A DNA stretch of 64,000 bases from positions 23,385 to 87,384 of the forward strand of contig CALGLV010000012.1 of NCBI GenBank assembly GCA_937958985.1, in the 5' to 3' direction. Each line of letters opens with the position of its first letter. Position 1 is the stretch's first letter. The notes below the pieces were generated by a model that ran no database searches, was not told the origin of the DNA, and worked only from the letters and a program-made list of their open reading frames with translations. Source of the DNA: an uncultured Aquimarina sp. (GTDB lineage: Bacteria > Bacteroidota > Bacteroidia > Flavobacteriales > Flavobacteriaceae). A program made the position numbers and the translations under genes. Shown piece by piece: positions 30,076 to 40,434 of the stretch.

Positions 30076-33000
30076 ATGAAACTAACTTATAGTTTTCTTT
30101 TATCTTTTGTAACCTGTATACTTTCTGTAAATGCTCAAACAGAAAATATGGATTTTGAGTTCGGAAATTTTAATAATTGGATTTTAGATACCGGTACAAG
30201 ACAAACTCCCGAAATTGTAGATTGGAATCCTAGACCAGCACCTGATTTAAACACACAAATAGAATTAACAACTCCTGCTTCACCGCAATTTGATGCAATA
30301 GGATTAAACTGCGCACCAACTGCTGTAAATATACCCTCTGTATTTCCTGGAGGCTCGTTCTCTACACTGTTGGGGAATTTAGAAGGTGGCAGAAGAGCTG
30401 CCCGAATTAGCAGAACATTTACCGTTACTCCGCAAGAAACTATACTACAATATAGCTATGCTGTAATTATGGACGATCCTGGACATACACAAGAGCAACA
30501 ACCCAAATTTGTAGTTAATATACGTAATGTAAATGGCGAAATTGTTACCTGTGGAAAATTTGAAGCCTTTGCTGGCGCTGACGCATTGGCTAATGGTTTT
30601 GTTAATTGCGATAGCGGAAGTGGCTCTATTTTATCTGCAAATCTTCAGATTTTACCTTGGACAACTGCAGCAGCAGATTTGACTCCTTTTATTGGTCAAC
30701 AAATAACTATAGAGTTTATAACCTTAGATTGTATGCTTAATGCCCACGGAGGATATGCTTATGTTGAAGCAAATATTAATGAATTACAAATTGATGTAGT
30801 GGGACTTTGTAATGTAGGTTTAAATGATGTCACATTAACTGCTCCCTTAGGTTTTGATTCCTATTTATGGTCAACCGGAGATATTACACGATCTATAAAC
30901 GTTACGGGTACTCAATTTGGCGATAGTTATTCTGTTGATTTAATTTCGAATACGGGTTGTAATACTTCTGCTTCAATAACTCTTGCCCCTGTTGATCCCG
31001 CCACTATTAATCCTATTGAAGATCAAGAAATTTGTAAGGGAGGCAGTATTACACTTAGCCCTACAGGGGAAAATATAGGAGACTTTTTATTTCCTGAATT
31101 GAATACTTCTGGAACGGTAGCCGTGGCTTCACCAACTCAAGATACAACCTATACTATTATTGCTCGTGATGAAAATGGATGTGAAGGAGCATCTACAACT
31201 GTAAATATATTAGTATTCGAATCCGATTTACCTGCTTTTCCTAATGCTGATTTTGAAATAGCACCTGTTTTTACCAATACGAGTTTCCCTTGTAATACCG
31301 TTCAATTTAATAACTTATCTGCTTACTGTAAAAATGACTTAACATACTTATGGAATTTTGGTGACGGAACTACAAGTACTGAAGAAAATCCACTTCATAT
31401 ATTTCCTGAAGTTATCGATGATGAAGCTATTGAATATTTTATTACACTTACGGCAACTTCTTTAATTGATGAAATTTCAGATGTTTTTTCTCTTTCTTAT
31501 CAAAATTCTACAATCACTCCCTCATTTTCCACTTTTCAAGTATCTTCTTGTTCTCCATTAATTATAAGCAATACTAGTAATATTTGTGATGCAACTTCGA
31601 TAGCAGACTTCCCTTCGTTTACATATACCTGGAATTTTGGAGACGGTGAGCCTGAATTTATAACGGACAGTACTACCAATTCCTTTGATTATAATTATAA
31701 TGCATCGGGAACTTATACTATAACATTAAGTATTACAGATCAAAATAATAATAGTTTTACAGTCCCTTCTTTTTCTGACGAAGTCAATATTAATATTGAT
31801 TCCTCCGCTAATTTTGACTTTGATATTAATTGTTTTGAAACTCAGTTTACTAACAGGTCTGTGACTTGTAACCCAAACATAACATATCTATGGGATTTTG
31901 GGGATGGAAGCCCTACTAATAGTTTAGAAGACCCTTTACATAGGTTTTTAACTATAGGGCCACATAATGTAACACTTACAATTAATGATGGAACAATGGA
32001 TTATAGCATTCAAAAAGAGGTGTTATTGACACCTGATGCTACTATTCCTGATTTTGATTTTAATATTGATTGTAATAATGTAGCCTTTTTTGATCGAACC
32101 AATAGTTGTAAAAACTTAAATCACACTTGGGATTTTGGGGATGATTCTGCATTAAATATTTTCCAAAATCCAACACACCAATACTCCAGTGAAGGCATAT
32201 ACACTGTTACATTAATTATTAATGATGGTCCCGATGAATTTTTTATAAATAAAACAGTAACTATTGAAAATGAATTTGATTATGTTACTCCTGAAAACTT
32301 GACTCAATGCGTAGATAATTCTGTAATTAACCCCACTAAGGCTACTTTTAATTTACTAGAGCAATCGAATCGAATTTTAGCAAATGTAAATCCTAATGGA
32401 GTTTTTTATCCTGAAGTTACTTATCATTTAAACGAATTAGATGCCTTTAGTAATTCACAAAGACAAAATGTACTCTTTGAAAATTCTGAAAACCCTCAAA
32501 CACTATTTGCTAGAGTTGCAGACAGTCGAGGCTGTATTGAAGTATTTCCTTTTTCAGTAGCTGCTGTTAATCCCCCAATACTTAGTACCATTGAAAATAT
32601 ACTTTTATGCTTTGCAGAACAAAACTCTTTAAATTATAATTTAAGGCAATTGGACGAACAGTTTTTCGATAATTTTAATTTTCTAAATGAAACTGATTTA
32701 AATTATTTCACCAATCAAAATGATGCTGATTTAAATATCAATAACATTGAAAACATAACTTTACAACCAGGTATAGACACTTCTATTTATGTTAGAGCTG
32801 AAAAAAAAGATTCACCAACTAGTTGTTTTTCGACGAGTAATTTCTTAATTCGTTTAGATGACGAAACAACCGATTTAAGTGGCAGATGTACCCCTTTATT
32901 TGCTAATACAATGACACCAAACAGTGATGGTGCTAATGACTATTTTTACATTAAAAATATAGAAACGTATCCTAATAATGAAATTGTAATATATAATAGA

Positions 33001-33156
33001 TGGGGAAATATTGTTTATCAAACTAAAGGATATAACAATAAATGGGACGGCACTCACAAAGGAAAAAAACTACCCGTTGGTAATTATTATTACATAGTAA
33101 ATTTTAATAACAGCTCCAATACTAGCCATACTGGCTATGTAACAATATTAAGGTAG
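30076..33156 (+). CDS. T9SS type-B CTD surface protein with PKD domains (probable adhesin)
   Basis: Four W(N/D)FGD PKD motifs; C-terminal TPNSDGAND...IYNRWG...WDG...LPVGNYYY...GYVTILR. Confidence 0.88.
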   Translation: MKLTYSFLLSFVTCILSVNAQTENMDFEFGNFNNWILDTGTRQTPEIVDWNPRPAPDLNTQIELTTPASPQFDAIGLNCAPTAVNIPSVFPGGSFSTLLGNLEGGRRAARISRTFTVTPQETILQYSYAVIMDDPGHTQEQQPKFVVNIRNVNGEIVTCGKFEAFAGADALANGFVNCDSGSGSILSANLQILPWTTAAADLTPFIGQQITIEFITLDCMLNAHGGYAYVEANINELQIDVVGLCNVGLNDVTLTAPLGFDSYLWSTGDITRSINVTGTQFGDSYSVDLISNTGCNTSASITLAPVDPATINPIEDQEICKGGSITLSPTGENIGDFLFPELNTSGTVAVASPTQDTTYTIIARDENGCEGASTTVNILVFESDLPAFPNADFEIAPVFTNTSFPCNTVQFNNLSAYCKNDLTYLWNFGDGTTSTEENPLHIFPEVIDDEAIEYFITLTATSLIDEISDVFSLSYQNSTITPSFSTFQVSSCSPLIISNTSNICDATSIADFPSFTYTWNFGDGEPEFITDSTTNSFDYNYNASGTYTITLSITDQNNNSFTVPSFSDEVNINIDSSANFDFDINCFETQFTNRSVTCNPNITYLWDFGDGSPTNSLEDPLHRFLTIGPHNVTLTINDGTMDYSIQKEVLLTPDATIPDFDFNIDCNNVAFFDRTNSCKNLNHTWDFGDDSALNIFQNPTHQYSSEGIYTVTLIINDGPDEFFINKTVTIENEFDYVTPENLTQCVDNSVINPTKATFNLLEQSNRILANVNPNGVFYPEVTYHLNELDAFSNSQRQNVLFENSENPQTLFARVADSRGCIEVFPFSVAAVNPPILSTIENILLCFAEQNSLNYNLRQLDEQFFDNFNFLNETDLNYFTNQNDADLNINNIENITLQPGIDTSIYVRAEKKDSPTSCFSTSNFLIRLDDETTDLSGRCTPLFANTMTPNSDGANDYFYIKNIETYPNNEIVIYNRWGNIVYQTKGYNNKWDGTHKGKKLPVGNYYYIVNFNNSSNTSHTGYVTILR

Positions 33157-33157
33157 A

Positions 33158-33199
33158 TATAATAAAAAAGGCGAGCATTAGCTCGCCTTTTTTATTATA
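33158..33199. terminator. Bidirectional intrinsic terminator
   Basis: tataataaaaaaggcgagc-atta-gctcgccttttttattata. Confidence 0.85.
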
Positions 33200-33211
33200 A
33201 ATTATTTAAAA

Positions 33212-34159
33212 TTAAGCGTTTAAATAGTTAAAAACATTATTTTGTATACGTGCTTCAATATCATTTAAATCTGCTTTAACAAAAGCTTCCCCTGTAATTT
33301 TTTCGTATAATTCTATATAACGATCAGATACAGAAGTTATGTAAGTTTCATCCATTTCTGGAATTTGTTGCCCTTCTTTACCTTGAAAACCATTTTGAAT
33401 TAACCACTGACGTACAAATTCTTTCGAAAGTTGTCTTTGTGGTTCATCTTTATCCTGGCGCTCTTGATAGCCATCGGCATAAAAGTAACGTGAGGAATCT
33501 GGTGTATGAATTTCATCGATTAATACAATTTTACCCTCCTTAGTTTTCCCAAACTCATATTTGGTATCAACTAAAATTAATCCACGTTTAGCCGCAATTT
33601 CGGTTCCTCTTTGAAATAACGCTTTGGTGTATTTTTCTAAAACAATATAATCGGCTTCACTAACAATTCCTTTACTTAAAATTTCTTCACGTGTAATATC
33701 TTCGTCATGTGCACCATTTTCTGCTTTTGTAGATGGCGTAATTAAAGGTTCTGGGAATTTATCATTTTCCTTCATTCCCTCTAACATAGGCATACCACAA
33801 ATTAAACGACGGCCTGCTTTATATTCACGAGCTGCATGCCCAGATAAATAGCCTCTTATTACCATTTCAACCTTAAAAGGCTCACATAAATGCCCAACAG
33901 CAACATTTGGATCGGGAGTAGCCAGTAACCAATTTGGAACAATATCTTCAGTTTCTTGCATCATTTTAGTTGCAATTTGATTCAATATTTGCCCTTTATA
34001 AGGAATGCCTTTAGGCATAACTACATCAAAAGCTGAAAGCCTATCTGTAGCAATCATTACCAAAGTATCGTTTTCTAAACCGTATACTTCGCGTACTTTT
34101 CCTTTATAAATTGATTTTTGACCTGCAAACTGATAGTTTGTATCCGTAATTGTATTCAT
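33212..34159 (-). CDS. purC: SAICAR synthase
   Basis: [34 protein letters not shown]; start moved to MNTITD. Confidence 0.95.
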   Translation of the reverse strand: MNTITDTNYQFAGQKSIYKGKVREVYGLENDTLVMIATDRLSAFDVVMPKGIPYKGQILNQIATKMMQETEDIVPNWLLATPDPNVAVGHLCEPFKVEMVIRGYLSGHAAREYKAGRRLICGMPMLEGMKENDKFPEPLITPSTKAENGAHDEDITREEILSKGIVSEADYIVLEKYTKALFQRGTEIAAKRGLILVDTKYEFGKTKEGKIVLIDEIHTPDSSRYFYADGYQERQDKDEPQRQLSKEFVRQWLIQNGFQGKEGQQIPEMDETYITSVSDRYIELYEKITGEAFVKADLNDIEARIQNNVFNYLNA

Positions 34160-34189
34160 TCTAAAAAAATTAAAGCACAAATATAGTAT

Positions 34190-35752
34190 TTACGAACTAC
34201 AAGACAGCATGGAACAACCTACTTTATCTCGTGCCCAATCGGGGCGTTTTGCAAACCATTTTTGATATTTTGGTTGCTCATCATAAGGTTTTTTAAGCAT
34301 CGTAAACAATTCGTTAAGCAATTCATAATTTCCCTTATCGGCTTCTTCTATAGCTAATTGTGCCATATAATTACGAAGTACATATTTAGGATTCACTAAA
34401 TTCATTTCGCATTTACGCTCGGTATCTGAAATTGTTTCCTTTTTTAATCGCTTCAAATACTTTGTTAACCAAGTATTCCATTTTTCTAAAACGGAATTTT
34501 TTAATTCTTCTTCTTTATAAAAAGCTGCTTTAATTTCTTCTATAGCTTCATTTTGATTCCCTTTAGTAATATTGGCTAAATTCCTATAAAACAAAGTCAT
34601 ATCTGTTTCTACTAACTGAAGGTTTTCTTCTAATTCTTGAATTAAAATTACATCATCTTGATCCAACTTTAACAAGCCCAATTTGGAACGCATCATTTCC
34701 AATTTTTTCAACTCTAAATCACTTGCATAAGCTTCCAGAATAGCTTCTAAAGGCGCTGCATCTTCAATTAAAGGAAATAACGCATTGGCTAACTTAAATA
34801 AATTCCACTGTACAACCTTTGGTTGATTCCCGTACCGGTATCTTTTATTTTGCCTGTCAGTAGTATTTGGGGTCCACCCGGGGTCGTAATCTTCTAACCA
34901 ACCATAAGGACCATAGTCTATAGTTAAGCCCAATATTGACATATTATCAGTATTCATAACCCCATGTACAAAGCCAACACGCTGCCAGTGAATTACCATA
35001 TCTAAACTAAATGCTGTAATTTGTTTAAAAAACTCAACATAAGCGTCTTTACCTGTAGTTTTAATTTCTGTAAAAAAGTGCTTAATTGTATAGTCTACTA
35101 ATTGTTTTAAGTTTTTTAAATCATTGTTTGCTGCAAAAATTTCAAAATTCCCAAAACGTATAAATGTAGGCGCTAATCTGGAAACCACTGCTCCTTTTTC
35201 ATAAGCTGGATTTCCATTATAGAGTACATCCCGAAGTACTTCATCTCCTGTTAAAGATAAAGATAATGCACTCGTCGTTGGGATCCCTAAATGGTGCATA
35301 GCTTCACTACATAAATACTCTCTAATAGAAGATCGTAATACAGCTAAACCATCTGCGGTTCTTGAATAAGGCGTTGCTCCTGCTCCTTTTAATTGTATTG
35401 CCCAGCGTTTACTATTATGAACTACTTCCCCTAAATTAATAGCTCTACCATCGCCAAGTTGGCCTGCCCAATTTCCAAATTGATGGCCTCCATAACACAT
35501 GGCATAGGGCTCCATATTTGGTAACACTTTATTTCCTGTAAATACCGATATAAAATCATTTAACAAAGCTTCTTCTGTTGATAATCCCAACGCATCTACC
35601 ATTTCTTTAGAGGTATGAATTAACGATGGATTGGCGGTGCTTTTAGGGGTAACATATGAAAAACAAGCATTTTTAACCTGTCTTGGGGTATTTTCTAAAA
35701 TAGCATCGCACTGAAGCTCTTTAGAAAAGGTATCTTGAATATTCAATTTCAT
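34190..35752 (-). CDS. selO: Protein adenylyltransferase SelO (YdiU family)
   Basis: YGGHQFG..AGQLGDGRA, DGLAVLRSSIRE, HGVMNTDN, NPKYVLRN, terminal SCSS. Confidence 0.93.
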   Translation of the reverse strand: MKLNIQDTFSKELQCDAILENTPRQVKNACFSYVTPKSTANPSLIHTSKEMVDALGLSTEEALLNDFISVFTGNKVLPNMEPYAMCYGGHQFGNWAGQLGDGRAINLGEVVHNSKRWAIQLKGAGATPYSRTADGLAVLRSSIREYLCSEAMHHLGIPTTSALSLSLTGDEVLRDVLYNGNPAYEKGAVVSRLAPTFIRFGNFEIFAANNDLKNLKQLVDYTIKHFFTEIKTTGKDAYVEFFKQITAFSLDMVIHWQRVGFVHGVMNTDNMSILGLTIDYGPYGWLEDYDPGWTPNTTDRQNKRYRYGNQPKVVQWNLFKLANALFPLIEDAAPLEAILEAYASDLELKKLEMMRSKLGLLKLDQDDVILIQELEENLQLVETDMTLFYRNLANITKGNQNEAIEEIKAAFYKEEELKNSVLEKWNTWLTKYLKRLKKETISDTERKCEMNLVNPKYVLRNYMAQLAIEEADKGNYELLNELFTMLKKPYDEQPKYQKWFAKRPDWARDKVGCSMLSCSS

Positions 35753-35800
35753 AATAAACTAATTTGGAGTATCAACAAGTGTAGCAATTCATTTGAATTA

Positions 35801-36283
35801 TTACTTGATAAAGTTACTAAACTCTTCTTGCAGTAACTGTAGTTTAGGATGAATATATTTAATGCAAAATGGTTTGTTTGGATTTTTGGTATAATAATCT
35901 TGAATTTCCTCTCGTGACTCTCTAAAATCTTTAAAAGGTAAAACTAAAGTTACGATAGGTTTTGAGAATTCCAATTGCAGTTGATTCAAAATAGTAGTTA
36001 CCAATTTTTGCTGGTCATTAGAGTAACAATATATAGCAGATCTGTAGGTTTCTCTACGAGAATGATTTGAGGTACTTTTATGTGTTAATAAATGTGCGTG
36101 AATTAACACTTTAAGCGGAAGTTTTTCGGCTAAATATTCAACAATAATTCCTTCGGAAAAAGAAGTGTATTTATTATTAGATGACAAATAGCCTTGTTGC
36201 ACTTTTTGTACTCCTTTAAAATTTTGAAAAACCGCTTCGGTACACCAATGACACCCCCCTCCCAAACCTATTGAAACAAGCAT
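35801..36283 (-). CDS. msrA: Peptide methionine sulfoxide reductase MsrA family (variant active-site motif)
   Basis: GGGCHWCTEAVF, YRSAIY, YY..NP.KPFC. Confidence 0.75.
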   Translation of the reverse strand: MLVSIGLGGGCHWCTEAVFQNFKGVQKVQQGYLSSNNKYTSFSEGIIVEYLAEKLPLKVLIHAHLLTHKSTSNHSRRETYRSAIYCYSNDQQKLVTTILNQLQLEFSKPIVTLVLPFKDFRESREEIQDYYTKNPNKPFCIKYIHPKLQLLQEEFSNFIK

Positions 36284-36583
36284 TTACTTATGGGTATCAA
36301 TTACATTTAAAATAGCCTGTTTTTGTAAAACTCCCGATTGTCTCCATTTTGGAGCACCTTCATTAAATAAAATCATGGTTGGCACACTACGCACTTGGTA
36401 TTGTGTTGCTAATTCCCTGTTTTTATCTATATCTATTTTTATAATTTTAATATCACTACCTAATTCATCTTTAACATCTTTAAGAATTGGCATTAAAGTT
36501 TGGCAAGGTCCGCACCAAGTGCCAAAAAAATCGACCAAAACTAATTTATCTGATGTAATAATTTCCTTAAAGTTTTTTTTCAT
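36284..36583 (-). CDS. trxA: Thioredoxin
   Basis: WCGPC, VPT. Confidence 0.93.
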   Translation of the reverse strand: MKKNFKEIITSDKLVLVDFFGTWCGPCQTLMPILKDVKDELGSDIKIIKIDIDKNRELATQYQVRSVPTMILFNEGAPKWRQSGVLQKQAILNVIDTHK

Positions 36584-36713
36584 AATAATATTATTTCGAT
36601 AATATGTCGATAAAATAGGTTAAAAATTACAAAATATATTCTTTTTAGCTCAGAATGCTGTGAATTTTGTTTTAATTAAAAATACAATGTATATTTAATA
36701 GAATCTACTATTC

Positions 36714-38747
36714 ATGAAAAACTACTACCTAAAATTACTTTTTGCCTTTTTTACACTACTTACTTCCTGTAGTCAAAAAGACATTTTATCGGTTGAAGAT
36801 AAAGAATGGTTATTAAATAATCCCAATTTAAAAGTATCTGTATACGGGTATGTACCCCCCTATTTATTTAAAAATAAAGAGGGGATTTCTGACGGTGTTT
36901 TTATTGATTATATAAATTTAATAGAAGAAAAAATAAATTATACTTTTGATAAAATTGAATATGACAGTTGGCCAAAATTGTATAATGATGGTTTAAAAGG
37001 AGAAGTAGATATTATTTTAGATATTCCTAAAACCAAACAAAGAGAATCCCATTTCGATTTTTATGGAGACTTTTTTGAATCTAATTATGTTATTGTTTGC
37101 CAAAAAGGGAAATCTATTAGTTATAAAAATTTGGCAAATGCCAACATAATTGTACCTGAAAATTATGCTATTGTTGAAACCGTTAAAAAAAGCTTTCCTA
37201 ATGCAAAAATTGAAACCCTCCCTAAAGAACATAATTGTTTAATAGCCCTTTCTGAAGGTAAATATGATGCTTATTTAAGCCCTCAATTAGTTGCTAATTA
37301 TTTTATTCACGAACTGAATATTACTAATTTAAAAATAAGCGAGGTTACTCCTTTTGAATATGAACCTAAAATTTCTGTTTTCAAAAAGAATCCTAAACTT
37401 TCAAGTATTATAGCAAAAGCTGTTCAAGACGTTTCGATGGCTGAAAAAGATGATATTTTAAACAATTGGCTTTATAATGAAATAAAACCTTTTTACAGAC
37501 AACTTGATTTTTGGTTGTTGCTTATCGGTTTACTTTCTATTGTTTTAATAGCAATTATAAGCATAAATCAAATTTTAAATCAAATAATTAGAAAACGCAC
37601 CTTTTTACTACAAGAAGCTATAAATAAATCAAATAGAAGTAGTGAAGTAAAAAATCGTTTTATTCAAAATATTTCTCACGAAATACGGACTCCTATGAAT
37701 AGTATTCTTGGGTTTTCAGAATTATTGAGTAAAGATGGATTGAGTAAAGAGGAACAGTTAAAATATATTGATAATATTAATTCCGGAGGGAAAAGATTAA
37801 TTCAAGTAATTGATTCTATTTTAGATATCTCTAATTTTGGAGCTTCAGAAATCGAAATAAATTATCAACAAGTAAATTTAAGCTTACTTATAAAAGGGGT
37901 AGAAAGTACTTTTAAAAAAATAGCAGAAGACAAAAATATTTCTTTAAACTTTCATACATCTATACTCACCACAGATGTATTTGTAATTGACAAAAATGTT
38001 ACCTTAAAGATTTATGAAAATTTAGTTGATAATGCCTTAAAATTTACATGCAAAGGGAGTGTAGATGTTTACACACATTTTAGCAATAATAAATTAGAAA
38101 TTAAAGTTATTGACACAGGAAAAGGTATAGACGACAAAAACAAGGAAGCTATATTTGAAATTTTCTCAGTAAACGATCTTAATGCTCCTATATTAGATAA
38201 TGGTTTAGGCTTAGGACTAACTATTGTAAAAGAAAATGTAAAAGCCCTTAAAGGGGAGCTTAGCTTTAATTCGGAAGTGATGAAAGGATCGTGTTTTAAA
38301 GTTAGTTTACCAGCTACAAAAACAACTCTTAATACTAATACTATTCCTAAAAATAGTATTGATAAAAATTATACAATATTAATTGTAGAGGATGCTAAAG
38401 TTAATTTTCTTCTTGTAAAATCAGTATTAAAACAATTAAAAGAATTTAATTTAACCATATTACATGCCGAAAATGGACAATTAGGTGTTGAAATGTGTGA
38501 TGATTACCCTGAAATAGATTTAATAATTATGGATATCCGCATGCCCGTTATGAACGGTTATGATGCCACGCGAATTATTAAATCAAAATATCCTGCTTAT
38601 AATATCATAGCCCACACGGCATATTCAAGCGATAGCGATATTAAAAAAGCTTTAGACGTGGGCTGTGAAGCAGTACTCGCAAAACCTGTAGAAATGGATT
38701 TATTTAAAGAAACAATCATTAAATATTTAAAAAGCGCTCACAATTAA
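36714..38747 (+). CDS. Hybrid sensor histidine kinase (periplasmic solute-binding domain, TM, HisKA, HATPase, REC)
   Basis: SHEIRTPMN, NLVDNALKFT, DTGKGI, GLGLGL, MDIRMP. Confidence 0.9.
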   Translation: MKNYYLKLLFAFFTLLTSCSQKDILSVEDKEWLLNNPNLKVSVYGYVPPYLFKNKEGISDGVFIDYINLIEEKINYTFDKIEYDSWPKLYNDGLKGEVDIILDIPKTKQRESHFDFYGDFFESNYVIVCQKGKSISYKNLANANIIVPENYAIVETVKKSFPNAKIETLPKEHNCLIALSEGKYDAYLSPQLVANYFIHELNITNLKISEVTPFEYEPKISVFKKNPKLSSIIAKAVQDVSMAEKDDILNNWLYNEIKPFYRQLDFWLLLIGLLSIVLIAIISINQILNQIIRKRTFLLQEAINKSNRSSEVKNRFIQNISHEIRTPMNSILGFSELLSKDGLSKEEQLKYIDNINSGGKRLIQVIDSILDISNFGASEIEINYQQVNLSLLIKGVESTFKKIAEDKNISLNFHTSILTTDVFVIDKNVTLKIYENLVDNALKFTCKGSVDVYTHFSNNKLEIKVIDTGKGIDDKNKEAIFEIFSVNDLNAPILDNGLGLGLTIVKENVKALKGELSFNSEVMKGSCFKVSLPATKTTLNTNTIPKNSIDKNYTILIVEDAKVNFLLVKSVLKQLKEFNLTILHAENGQLGVEMCDDYPEIDLIIMDIRMPVMNGYDATRIIKSKYPAYNIIAHTAYSSDSDIKKALDVGCEAVLAKPVEMDLFKETIIKYLKSAHN

Positions 38748-38792
38748 AATGCAAGCGCCTTGTAAATAATAATATTCTATAGCTTAAAAAGC

Positions 38793-40214
38793 TTATTTCT
38801 TAGCTCCCCACTCTGTGTGGAAAATACCTTCTCTGTCTGTTCTTTCATATGTATGAGAACCAAAATGATCTCTCTGAGCCTGAATTAAATTCAATGGTAA
38901 CTTACTTGAAGTATACGCGTCAAAATACGTTAACGAGTTAGAAAGTCCTGGAACAGGAATTCCATTTTTTGCTGCAAAAGCAACTACCTCTCTTACTGCT
39001 GGTACAGCTTCTTGAACTCTATCAACAAACGTTGGTGCTAATAATAAGTTTGGAAGGTCTTTATTTTCTTTAAATGCAATTGTAATATCTTCTAACAATC
39101 CTGCTCTAATAATACAACCCGCTCTCCATATTTGGGAAATTAAACCCAAATCTAAATTATAACCATACTCTTTAGAAGCATCCGCTAATTGACTTAATCC
39201 TTGAGCATAAGCAGTAATAAAAGCAAAATATAAAGACTGTTCTGCAAGGGCTACTAATTTCTCTTTTTCAATGGCTTCAACTTCTGGTCTTCCGTAAAGC
39301 TTATCTGCTGCGATACGCTCATCTTTCAATGCTGAAATTTCACGCATACTTACTGCTATATCAATAGTAGGAACAGGAATTCCTAAATCCATAGCATTTT
39401 GAGAAGTCCATTTACCCGTACCTTTTTGCTTTGCTTTATCTAAAATCACATCTACTATGCGACCAGGAGCTAAATCGTCTTCTTGTAAAAATATTTCAGA
39501 AGTAATTTGAACTAAGAAAGACTGTAAACGTCCTTTATTCCATTTCGCAAAAATTTCGTGTAACTCATCATTAGTAAACTTCGCAGATTTACGAAGTAAA
39601 TCATAAATTTCAGAAGTTAACTGCATCATTCCATACTCAATACCATTGTGAACCATCTTTACATAGTTACCAGCAGATTTAGGACCTAAATAAGCCACAC
39701 ATGGTTTTCCGTCATGAGCTTTCGCTGAAACGGCATCAAAAATAGGTTTAATATATTTATAAGAAGGCTCAGAACCACCAGGCATAATACTTGGGCCTTT
39801 ACGAGCTCCTTTTGCTCCTCCAGAAACACCAACGCCTAAAAAGTGAACTCCTTTTTCATTTAAATATGATTCTCTTCTATCAGTATCCGTATAAAAAGAA
39901 TTACCTCCATCAATTATTAAATCTCCTTCCTCAATAAAAGGTAATAAGCTCTCGATAACAATATCAACTGGTTTTCCCGCAGGAACCAAAAGCATTATTT
40001 TCCTAGGAGTACTAAGGTTAGCAACAAACGCTTCTGTAGAAGTTGTTGCATCAACTTTTGCTGTATCTCCTCCTTCTTCTTTTAAAGCATTTACTTGTTC
40101 TTTACTAAGATCCAATCCAAAAGCAGTGAAACCATTATCGGCTACGTTAAGAATAAAGTTACGTCCCATAACACCAAGACCAACTAAACCAAAATCATAT
40201 TTCTTATCACTCAT
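38793..40214 (-). CDS. gndA: 6-phosphogluconate dehydrogenase, decarboxylating
   Basis: GLGVMG, VKMVHNGIEYG, QKGTGKWT, QAQRDHFG. Confidence 0.95.
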   Translation of the reverse strand: MSDKKYDFGLVGLGVMGRNFILNVADNGFTAFGLDLSKEQVNALKEEGGDTAKVDATTSTEAFVANLSTPRKIMLLVPAGKPVDIVIESLLPFIEEGDLIIDGGNSFYTDTDRRESYLNEKGVHFLGVGVSGGAKGARKGPSIMPGGSEPSYKYIKPIFDAVSAKAHDGKPCVAYLGPKSAGNYVKMVHNGIEYGMMQLTSEIYDLLRKSAKFTNDELHEIFAKWNKGRLQSFLVQITSEIFLQEDDLAPGRIVDVILDKAKQKGTGKWTSQNAMDLGIPVPTIDIAVSMREISALKDERIAADKLYGRPEVEAIEKEKLVALAEQSLYFAFITAYAQGLSQLADASKEYGYNLDLGLISQIWRAGCIIRAGLLEDITIAFKENKDLPNLLLAPTFVDRVQEAVPAVREVVAFAAKNGIPVPGLSNSLTYFDAYTSSKLPLNLIQAQRDHFGSHTYERTDREGIFHTEWGAKK

Positions 40215-40434
40215 CGTTAAAAATTAAAATTGTGTTTGTTATTCATTTATCACCAAAAAGACTCTTAAAACTTCCTTATAAAAGCACAATATATTCTATA
40301 TTCGCACAAAATACGTAAGTATTTAAAAATATCAATAGGTCAAAACAAAAGTATGTATTTTGTATCGTTTATTGACCTTAGAAATTAACTTTATTCCGAC
40401 TACTTAGTTATTTTGTTGGAGAAAGAAGAAAAAC

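Noticed and set aside
34190-34215. Selenocysteine in SelO or UGA recoding
   Set aside because: The C-terminus uses Cys codons and ends in TAA; no in-frame TGA seen
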